Source: Oopsacas minuta (taxonomy: Eukaryota > Animalia > Porifera). Taken from it: a stretch of DNA of 64,000 bases. The DNA is taken from assembly GCA_024704765.1 (NCBI GenBank), contig JAKMXF010000188.1, positions 605,715 through 669,714 on the forward strand, given 5' to 3'. Below are positions 1 to 9,925 of the stretch, one piece after another. The position numbers were made by a program, and so were the translations under genes. Position 1 is the stretch's first letter. Each line of letters begins with the position of its first letter. Under the pieces are notes generated by a model that was not told where the DNA came from, searched no databases, and worked only from the letters and a program-made list of their open reading frames with translations.

Positions 1-560
1 TATTTCCGAATCGCTGGATTTTATCTTACCAAAGCCCTGTAATTTATATTTGTTACAGAATTTGTCCTAAAGTAAAATTAAGTTATGGTTTATACTATTT
101 ATCCTACATGTAATCTCTCTATTTTGAAAACTTATATTTTATCTCCGCGAATAAGATAGTAAAACAATCTAACGAACTGATCCTTATCAGATAGATAATT
201 AAGGTAATTGTTAATTATTTGTGCTTGTTTTGGTATTGTCACGCCAGCCAAAAGTTATATGGTCCCCTCTGACCTCATTTAGCTGGCCAAATTTGGTCGC
301 CAAAAATGTTCTCTATAGTTCAGATTAGGTCCCTCGGGCCAGTTTTAGCCAAACATAACTAGTCTGGGGACACTTTTGGTCGACTAAAGTTGGTCCAGGG
401 TCAAAATTTTTGAAATATCTCACCGACTTTCAAATTCGTTTACGGTAAAATTTAGAGTACCCCGAAAACAGAACAATATTGTGTACTTATTGATGTCCCG
501 TAATTCGCTAATAATAGACACAATTCACACAAAAGATGTTGCAGTTTAGGGACGTGCTTG
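1..560 (+). repeat. Dispersed repeat 'element A', copy 1; starts at or before the window edge
   Basis: 1–35 recurs at 9891–9925. 33–170 recurs at 12040–12175. The reverse complement of 165–560 recurs at 13130–13510. All alignments read directly from the sequence. Confidence 0.7.
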
Positions 561-1980
561 GTGTGCGCGCGTGCACACCAGTGTAATCGCGTGTATACCA
601 ACATGGTAGACCAACATGTTGGTGTACACGTGTGCACACTGGTGTATGGCCATGCAATAATAAAATGTTCTCTTCTGGTTCTTTATTAAATAATATAATT
701 AGCGATACATAGTTCTAATTATAGAGATACAAATATATTTAATTATAGTATATATATCTTAACTTTCCATAACAATTCAGTAATATGCAGAAATAGATTT
801 TCAGTAATATGCAGAAATAGATTTCTATTCAGCTCGGAACCTCAATCTATCACTGGGGAAAAGTACGTAATTATCTTTGTATTTTGACTTGTTTGTTCAG
901 TTTATAGCGATAGCAGACACAGAGTTTAAGGTTTGTTTGATTTGTGTCTATTTAGTAATAAATGTCTTTGGTTAATTGTTCCATAATTGTTCAGTTCGTA
1001 AATGGTCAACATTCTATTATAGTAATCTGGGATTTCTTCTCACAGAAATTTACCATAATTCTTCGACTGAAACACTTCGAAACCATTGTTATGCATGTAC
1101 TTGTGTCCACATTTATTACTAATCTACAAGGTTGAAACCAATTGAACCGAATATCAGTATTATGAATAGCAACCCAACCGGTTACTGATTTCGGTTTGCA
1201 ACCGAATATTGAACTATTCTCCAAACACAGTATTATTCGGTTGCAAACTTGCTAATTAATTTGTGTCTAGAATTTGTTCCCATCCATTCTAATCCAATCC
1301 ATGTTTGGATAAGACGCACACTCGGATAGTACTGAAAATATTGTTCCCCTCGGTGTACTGTTTTCCCCGAGTTCCACTTTTCGTAATTACCTTTAGCAAA
1401 TTGTTTTGAACAAACAATTAAGATTACTTACTACACTACTACATGGATGGCCTAGTAACTAGAACATCTTAATATGAACTAGATATGAACTAGACTCTAG
1501 TTCATATCTAATTACGTTACAACGGTTAACTCCGTACTGTTACCACATAATAATTCCAAATTGTCCAATACAAATTATTTATAATCTGCTTGACTACTCG
1601 TGTAGCGAAGTGTCTGTATTATCCAATTTAAAATAATTTTTGAGACTGAGCAATAAATCTTTATTTTATTCTAATTATAAACTAATGATTTGACAACTTA
1701 AAAGTCCTAAAAAATATTAAGTGATGACTTGTGTTATACGTAATGACTATTCTCTCTGCTAGTAGTATGTTATGTGAACTTGTTAAAACAAGTGTGACCC
1801 TTATGGCATTTAGTGTTGCAACTTCTACCTTATTTCTTGCAAGGGCACCTTAGTGTTTTACAGTGCTTACATCTACATGCTGAACCACTGAGCTCCAGAG
1901 AAGCACTTTGCATTGCTCCCGTTTGACTGACTATAGAAGTATGGCAAGACTCATTTGCACTGATTCTGAATGGACAAACA

Positions 1981-3433
1981 TCACTGATTCCTTGCATAGC
2001 CAGAGGAAATAGTGCCATGTGATGTAGCTACAGTATAAATAGGATCCTGTGCGTCGATGATATGACCCATAAGATTGCGTGGTCCAATCGAACTCATCTT
2101 ATCAGGTTGGGAAATGGGTATAAGCACAGTATCACCGATTTCAGCTGGTTTGAATTTTTTCCCACTTGACTTTAGCATACGATCATGTAGTGTTTCCTGA
2201 TTTCTTTTTATTCCTTTTCGTAAATGATGGGTATTTGTACTCTTTTCTTTGGGAAAACAACCTTGATACCACACTGAGCTCCCAAATCCCTCTTCCCCTT
2301 GTTGAATTCCGCAAGGTATGTGGACAAAACGACAACACTCAGGGCAAGAGTATACTCCACTTGTTTCATTCTCACATACAGCACAAAGTTAGTTGAATTG
2401 GTTGGATTTATATTTGAAACTATTGATGAACTACTAGATAGACGTCTGATGGGAAACTGTTTCTCAGTAATTAAATTATCTGATTCAAGAGCTCTAATTT
2501 GATTCTCCAGAATTACTGGAATACTTGATGTTGGGGTTTCAAAATTACTGTTATATTCTATACCATCGACAATTGTGCCAGGTGGAACTGTATCTAATAT
2601 TGAGAATTCATAATCGTCGGAAATAGGCGGGAACTTAGATAAATATGGAGACTGGTTCATTAGGATACTCTTCTGTATATGTAGGCACTTCGTTATCAGA
2701 CAAGTTAGATGATTCAGATGATTCATGAACAGATGCTGAGATTGGATCAGCAACAGATGTTTGTTAAAAGTTATTCAAATCGTCTTCGTTATTAATCACA
2801 CCTCAATGTTCTTTAGGAACATTAAGAGTGGCGAGTCCGAAGAATGGAGGTCTGCCATATACAGCTTCAAATGGCGTCATTCGAATAGTTGTATGGTAAC
2901 TTGTGTTGTAGTTAAATTTTACCCACTTTAAATACTGTACCCAGCATTGATTATTATTATTATCATGCATCATGGCAAATAATCCGTCTTTAACTTCTCT
3001 ATTCACACATTCTGCTGCCCCCTGACACTCAGGATGCCTGGGTTTGCCATGCACAATTTTCGTAGAGGGCCAAGTATCTCGCAAAGTTTCGAATAGAAGG
3101 CGATTTGAGAATTCTCCTCCATTATCAGAATGCAATATTAGAGGTGGGCCTTGATCGCAGAATATTTCAATTAAAATATCACGAACATTTTCTGCTGTTT
3201 TTCTAACTACGTAGTGGGACCAAGTTTATTTTTTTGGTAAAATGGTCAATGTAGACAAAAAGGTATTTATAGGGTGTGACTCCATCTGGTGACATGTTTT
3301 CAGCCAGATTCATATCTCTGAAATCTATGAGATCAATTTGACCTCTGCTCAGGTAATTTCTTGATACGATTGGCTTGGTAACTACAGACTTTATGGATTT
3401 CTTTCCCCTTTTTAGATGGCAAGTTGGACACAT
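1981..3433 (-). pseudogene. Ty3/gypsy-type integrase (rve core plus GPY/F module), fragmented by frameshifts
   Basis: ORF 3203..3433 carries CPTCH…GQIDLIDF…YLFVYIDHFTK (zinc-finger end plus first catalytic D). ORF 2803..3135 carries HSDNGGEF…HPECQGAAECVNREVK…YNTSYHTTIRMTPFEAVYG (second D and E). ORF 1981..2274 carries GDTVLI…GPRNLMGHII (GPY/F). The three pieces lie in different frames. Confidence 0.8.
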
Positions 3434-3705
3434 TTTGACATAAATACCACACAGTTCTTCAGTAACTCCAAGTAATATTGACTAACTCTCTTACACAATT
3501 TTGTCCTTCCTGAATGTTCGTGATTTTTGCGTGAAATTCTTCTAGGACATCGTAGATTTCATTACTTACCAATACTCTATTGGCATTGTGTCTGTTTGCT
3601 TCACGAAGGTATAGGGTTCCAACACTTTGATATGAAAGAAGTTTAAATCTATTCTGAACCCTTTGTCACTTTTGTCTTGCATTTTTTCTGTAGGTTTCTG
3701 TGATT

Positions 3706-3942
3706 TCAGGATGCAGATTTTTGCTCTATTTCTTCAGGTGAGAATATATTAATGGGTGAATCAGCCAGTTTCTTCTCGTCAAGAATTTTTATGAACTCTT
3801 CTCTTCCGGTAGGACCAGGGTTCAATTCAATATCTCCCGATAAAAGGAGAAGAATAGATAGATTTGGATATTTCCTTAATGATAACCATCGTGAGAAAGG
3901 AAATAGATGTTGTCGTTTGGTTTGAGATGAAGGGGAACGATA
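3706..3942 (-). other. Stop-to-stop ORF with no ATG, containing a canonical 2A-like ribosome-skipping motif; motif at 3811–3837
   Basis: The minus-strand translation reads …RKYPNLSILLLLSGDIELNPGPTGREEFIKILDEKK…. This matches the D(V/I)ExNPGP consensus exactly, with the hydrophobic upstream stretch typical of 2A peptides. It lies about 270 bp 5' of the integrase remnant on the same strand but in a different frame. Confidence 0.55.
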
Positions 3943-4424
3943 TTAAGAAACAATTTGGTAAGGCGCTGATGGTGATTATAAAATGCAACAAATATCTACG
4001 AGTTATCTGATTTTATCAAGTTAACCGGGATACACTTAGAGCTCGGATGGATATGTAGAGTACTTTTATAGAATTGAAGATCATCATTTGTCACCAATGG
4101 AATTAAGGATATAGTCCGTGCTTCGAGCTCGAGACCCACAATGTTTCCATGTAGAATGTACATAAAATACATTATTAGTAATATAATGACGAACTTTGGA
4201 ATGAAAATCATTGTATAATACAAGCAGTATTCAAGAAGATAAATATATCTTTCCTTGTGCTTGAGTATATATGTATTTAATATTTCCTCCAGCATACATT
4301 GTAATGTTGTCACAAATTATGTCATATTATTTTATATTAATTATTGATATTCCCTTTCATTTCTAGGTGCTAGCAACTCAAATACTTTTTCAAAGGATCG
4401 TGAAACATTACGATGTTGATAACA

Positions 4425-4487
4425 ATGATATAATAATGATATAATAATGATATAATAATGATATAATAATGATATAATAATGATAAT
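4425..4487. repeat. Minisatellite (ATGATATAATA)n, about 5.5 copies
   Basis: Direct tandem repetition seen in the sequence. Confidence 0.9.
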
Positions 4488-4818
4488 TAATGCACTGCAA
4501 CATATTTATTATGTTTAATTTCGTATTTAGTAAAGAACCAGAAGAGAACATTTTATTATGGCATGGCCATACATCAGTGTGTACACCAAGCACGTCCATA
4601 AACTGCAACACAAGCACTTAAGTTTTGTCCAATTTTTGAAATCTCAAAATTTGAAAAATTGCTTTGTCATCATCACCTCCACTATGGTGACGTCATGGTT
4701 ATGGTGGCCAATGCGTCCCTCCTAATATCTACTACACTTCATCAAATGTAAGTATTTCTCTAGCTGCATTGTTATAAAGTTCTTTGCGTTTCAAGTTAAA
4801 GTGGTTAATGACGTTTTT

Positions 4819-4914
4819 TTGACAAAATGGTCCGGGAGGACTATTTTTGTCAAATGTCAATATCCATGGTATTTGACAAAAAATGGTCCCCCCGGACCAT
4901 TTTTGTCAAAACAT
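4819..4914. repeat. Two adjacent 38-bp palindromes (TTTGACAAAATGGTCC…GGACCATTTTTGTCAAA)
   Basis: Each unit is self-complementary. The two copies sit at 4819–4856 and 4877–4914. Confidence 0.7.
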
Positions 4915-5094
4915 CTGTACAGAATGAAATTGTAATACCAATTATACTAAGATCCTTGGTAGGCGCAGCAGAAGTTGATAAATTTAGTTTTTATTCTACA
5001 AAATATAATTACTAGCAAAGAAAGATAAAATTGAATTTACGAATATTCATAGTCATTCTAAAAATGTTAAAATCGAATTCAACGTCCCTGTTTA

Positions 5095-5235
5095 CCACTA
5101 TTTAGCAATTGGAAGCTAATCTCTGGGATTATTTTGAACTGTTTACCAAAAGCTGTGAAAATATGATTAATCATATGATAAATCAGTGTATATATATTTA
5201 ATAGAATGTATTGACCAATAGAATTACAGTCTGCA
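5095..5235 (+). repeat. Dispersed repeat family R1 (core GTGAAAATATGATTAATCAT)
   Basis: The same about 140-bp unit occurs at 14105–14275, in tandem at 28000–28420, at 52640–52830 and inverted at 46430–46630 and 61890–62110. Confidence 0.6.
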
Positions 5236-5568
5236 TCATTACTAATTAAATTACAAACATTCCACCAAAATTAATTACATGCATTCATGCATAATTGTAA
5301 AAACCTACAATCTGATTGGTTTAAAATACAGCTGTCAAAAGGTATTAAATATACACATTAGAAGTTCCCAAATGTCAGGTGTACAACTAGATGTTACGAC
5401 GAGTATACGTACAAAATTGGTAACTTAATCTCTAAAGGTGTGAACAGCAGGGCGAAATTAGAGGAAGAAAGGTATTCAATTGATTGATCCCATGGTATCA
5501 AATAGTACCTTGAATAACTCAGTGAATGTATAAACACACTAATCACTATAATTGGGAAATAAACAACA

Positions 5569-5595
5569 AATAATAATAATAATAATAATAATAAA
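5569..5595. repeat. (TAA)n microsatellite
   Basis: Direct observation. Confidence 0.9.
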
Positions 5596-5610
5596 TAATG
5601 GGACAAGAGA

Positions 5611-7662
5611 TTAGAGCATCTGTAGACAGTTGTCCTCTTTCATGTCACCAACTGTAACATAGCCAGATCGTTGTATAAATATGCAAGAGGGACGGAATAT
5701 TTGACACAATCCATGTCCTGTTTCACAAACTGTTTCTATGAATTTACCAAACTGGTCAAACACTTTGATGGAATTATCCCAGAAATCGCATATGTATATT
5801 CTCAATTCATCTGTGATAGGATTATAGAACAGGTTGAAGTTGTATGCTCCTACAATCTGATCCTCTGTAAGTATAGACACTATGAATTTTCCTTCTAGAG
5901 AGAACCTTTGTAGAGGAGAGGGAGATCCTGTGAAGAGACATATAACACAATTATCAACAACCTTCATGTCCTGTAGTCATGGATACCTGTTGGGTATCTT
6001 GGTCTGCAGAATAGGATTAAGTGGGTATTCTTGTTCTATACAGAGAGGATCTACCTGTATACGGATGAGACTGGGCTTAAGAGTCCCCACATACAAATGC
6101 GTACTGTTAGAGGAGGTACAACAAGCCTGTGGTATTGAGATGTGGTGTTCACGATTCATGCTAAATATATGCATACTATCTTCCCATGTTAAGCTGAATT
6201 GTGCTAATAAACTTGTATAGCACACGAATAAGGACTGTTTGAAGTATGTCAATGAGACAGGAGTATCAGGCAAACGAGGAGAATGATGCGAAGACTTAGC
6301 TACAAGATCATCAGCTCTGAGGACTGTGATTGTATCACCGTATCTATCCGCTACTATTACGTTATTCATAACCGCAATTATACCAGCTGGTGTATCTAAT
6401 TGGTGACCTCCTTCTCCACCTCTATCAACACCAGATGCCACAGGGATGTTCCTTTCTTCTTTGGGTGGAGCTATCAACATGGGATCGTTATCAGTGTCGA
6501 TAGCAAATGAAGGAATGTTTATTCTGTTGTCGTAATAGCGACGGATTGCTCTTTGTAAAAGATCATATATATCCTTCAAATCCTTATCCTCCTTATTCTT
6601 CCTGACGAGATATTCTAGTGACCTAGCGTCTCTGTACAGGAAAGATAGTTCATTGAATGTGAAAGTCACATTCTCCTCAACAAGTGCATACATATCCTCC
6701 ATCTTTATGCAGTTCTCTTCTATCCTATCTGCATTTCTGGTTTCCAACTCATCTCTAGCTATCGCACACTCCATATTGAGTCTGTTTAGCCTCATGTCAT
6801 ACTCCTGACGTGTGATACCCCCGGGAAGCAGGTCTCTCTTGGATGGATTTACTGGTTTCATATCTCCCTCTATTTCAGGATCTACATAGAAAATGAATTC
6901 TCCATCAATCAAGTGTGTCGCTCTCTCCCTCATTAAATATGAACACCAAGGTTCTGGAATAGGATAAGTCCTCATCTTTAAGATCTCTGCCTTCAGTCTC
7001 AGTCTCAGAGATTCGTATCTCTTTACTATCACACTCTCGATCGGTTTTGGGAGTTTAAGCTCTAGCCAATTCTGAATTCTATGAATCTTTTCCTCAGCTG
7101 TCTCCTTCCACATGATGAGACCGTTTAGGGAGTATAGGGAAGGTTCTGCTAGAGTCATCTCTATGTAGTAGAGGCTGTCTTTGATTTCAATAGGAAGGTA
7201 GTCATCGATGATTAGTAAAGATATTTTATGTAAATGCTTGTCGTATCGCTCCTGGAATGAATCTTTGAGAGGGATAGGAAGTATTTTACTGGAGATTACA
7301 GATTCATAATCTTTGTAGAGAGCTGGTAACTTGATAAGAATTCTACCAATGATTACGTTATATGGTGCTATAATTCCTTCCATTTCATTGAGGATATTTG
7401 GTATCCTAACAATATTCCTGTACTCTTGTATTATTCCGGTATATCGTGCCTTCAAGGATACACGTGTTTCTTTGGACAGTATGGAGGCCTTCTTGCTATT
7501 TAGAGTTTCCATTTCCAACTGGAACCCTCTAGACAATTCGGAAATTTCGTTAACTGTAATTTCTTGTAAGTCAATGGACAGAATTTCCTGTAATCTATCC
7601 TTGTACTTCTTCAACATCTTCTCAGCTTTTGAAGGTGTTACCTGGCTCATGTTTGTTGCCAT
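5611..7662 (-). CDS. Coiled-coil plus NHL-repeat protein (no RING or B-box); the reading frame is interrupted by a single in-frame TGA at 5977–5979
   Basis: ORF 5977..7662 (561 aa) and ORF 5611..5967 (118 aa) are in the same frame, separated only by one TGA plus 9 nt. The C-terminal part carries NHL-like units (GGEGGHQLDTPAGIIAVMNNVIVADRYGDTITVL; LRIYICDFWDNSIKVFD). The ATG at 7660–7662 has a plausible context. Confidence 0.6.
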
Positions 7663-9890
7663 TTCAAATATTATTTGTCTTCAGTTAATATTTATTTATT
7701 ATAATTGTTATATCAGTTCTTTTATAAATTATCTCTTCTTTAGAATTTGTATTAGAATTAAGTATTACTTTCAATGTGAAGTAATGTGTTTCATAATGTG
7801 GCTTAATAATAGGCACAATTAGCGACACAATTACATAATTGCTTTCTATGAAACTGAAATTAAAGTTTAATTCATAGGAAATCTGTGTTTGAAAGCAAAC
7901 AAATTAATTTCAATGATTTGTTTACCAAATAGAGTTAATTAAATTATATTCAGTTTCATAAACAAAGATCAAATTGTCTTTTAAATGGATCCATTTGGTC
8001 TCTCTAGTTTAAAGAGGTAAGAGGATCCCTTGGACAGAAACAGAACCATTCAATGTAGATAGTTCTAGGAAATCAAACTAACACCTATAATCCTATATGA
8101 TGTATTAAAGGAAGTATTCCAAATACCTTTGTATTAGAAGAAGATGTGTTGACTTTCTTCTTTTTCCTTCCAAACTAAGTAAATACACAAATAATATAAA
8201 ACCAACATATAGCAATATGGAACTATGGTATACATAGTATGTAAATTGGGTGTTATAATATGAAACTATAAACATACATCATCATATTCACCATCTGATT
8301 CTCTCTTAATTTACTCTACTGCTTCTCTCTCATTAAAACCTCCTCCAATACCTAGAAATTCTCAGAGATTTTGAGAGATATCTCTTAGATATTGGAAACA
8401 CTTCGTTGATTAATCACATTCCATTCAATAACTGATATGAATTTGTATAACCTTTTATCACCTTTCCCAGATATCTACACACACACACCAAATTTAAGTT
8501 TGTAGCTCTTAACAGTTCCTCATTAAGTTTGAACAAAACAAACAAATCTTATTATTATTTACTTTAGATAATACTAGCCGCAACGCCGCCCTTTGAGCGG
8601 CTTTTTCTGCTAGTTCCTGCGGAATGCTTTTTCTGGCCTTCGGCCCTCACCATTGCTTTTTGGAGTTTGCGAACGCTACGCGCAAGCATGTATTTTCCTA
8701 TGCAATTGTACAAAATTGATGATCTTAACTTTTTTCAGTAAAGGATCATCAATTTTGTATTAATTGTATAGGAAAATATTCTTGTTTGTTTCGTAAAATG
8801 TTCCTTCTTTGGGAGAAGTTGGGTATCACTCTCTCTGCATTACGCCACGGGATCAATAAACTGTGAATTGTAACTATTGTAATTGGTAGAATCTGAATGA
8901 ACCAAATTCCCAGACTTTTTCATATTATACGAAGAAAGGAATCTGATTGGCCAACATTGACCGATCAGATTCCTCCGAAAATGCATTGATATATATAGGC
9001 GAGGTGTGAAAAATTCATATATCTTGTTCAAAAATGGTTCGATTCAAAAATGATTCTTAATTGGAAAGGTTGAGTACTACTTAGTCGACACACAAAATTT
9101 GGTTCGAATTGACCCAGGCATCTCTGAGGAAATGCGCGGACACTCACACACATACTTTGTTTTAAATATATACTAATAACAAACATTACTATGTATTGGT
9201 TTGACTTTACCATTGCCATTTTCCCTAATGTGCCTCAAATTAATAATTAATGCAGTTATGTATTGATTTATTATCTATTGTTCAAATTTACGAGAAAGTG
9301 GGTGAGGGTGTACGCTCCATTGGAAAAATTTAGACGAAAAGCTGGCGCGTGCTCTGTTTTGAGACATGAAATGTAGAACGAAAGCCCCCTCCAAGAATTG
9401 AGGAGCGTAACCTAACCAGCCATAATTCCATGCCCCTCACCCTAATATTGTGTTTACTAAATAGGTATATTTCTCAATCTAAAGTGACAATATACTACCC
9501 GAATGGCAAAAAGTGATTTCGTATAAACTATAAAATTTCGGCTGTTTACTATTTACAAAAGTTAGAGTTTGTCTGATGAATGTAACAATTAAATAATTCG
9601 TTAGTTAACTACTTATATAGTTAGTCAATCAACATAATACATTGAGCATATGTATAGCTGTAGTCGCTTTTCTTATATTGGAGGAATAAAAAATGCTTAT
9701 AGCCAAAATTTACAGTAAGCTGTAGCTACTACGTATTTTAGTACGTAACCTCATCACTAGTCAAATTTGCTCAAATCATTATACAAGGCCGTCTATGATC
9801 CTGTTATGTTATTAAACATAAGCAATGGATCATAATATGTTCATAAAGGCCGAACAGTTATATTTATTTTAGTCCCAGAATATCACCGAA

Positions 9891-9925
9891 TATTTCCGAA
9901 TCGCTGGATTTTATCTTACCAAAGC
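9891..9925 (+). repeat. Element-A 5' piece (identical to 1–35), truncated by insertion of the TIR element
   Basis: 35/35 identity to 1–35. The continuation of element A (33–170) resumes at 12040–12175. Confidence 0.8.

Larger units (their letters stand above)
547..4620 (-). mobile_element. TIR-bounded element with gypsy/Ty3-type integrase remnants and a 2A-like motif; Ginger-like DNA transposon candidate or truncated retroelement
   Basis: Inverted termini 547–690 (TTGCAGTTTAGGGACGTGCTTGGTGT…) and 4536–4620, whose reverse complement is GTTGCAGTTTATGGACGTGCTTGGTGT…. The paralogous inverted copy of the flanks at 12740–13510 has a 190-bp unrelated filler instead, so it acts as the empty site. 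Inside there is integrase but no RT/RNase H. Confidence 0.4.

Noticed and set aside
3996-4617. ORFs 3996..4313 and 4408..4617 (minus) as the upstream gag/RT of the integrase
   Set aside because: The translations are low-complexity (Y/I/L-rich). The second is simply the minisatellite read as protein. They have no RT, RNase H or protease motifs.
5977-5979. TGA read as a sense codon (alternative genetic code)
   Set aside because: TGA terminates the BNIP1 homologue (57210) and the giant gene (52049) at positions matching homologues or protein-family ends. The 1640- and 1769-codon exons contain no TGA at all. So TGA is a stop here, and the NHL-gene TGA is a lesion or readthrough site.
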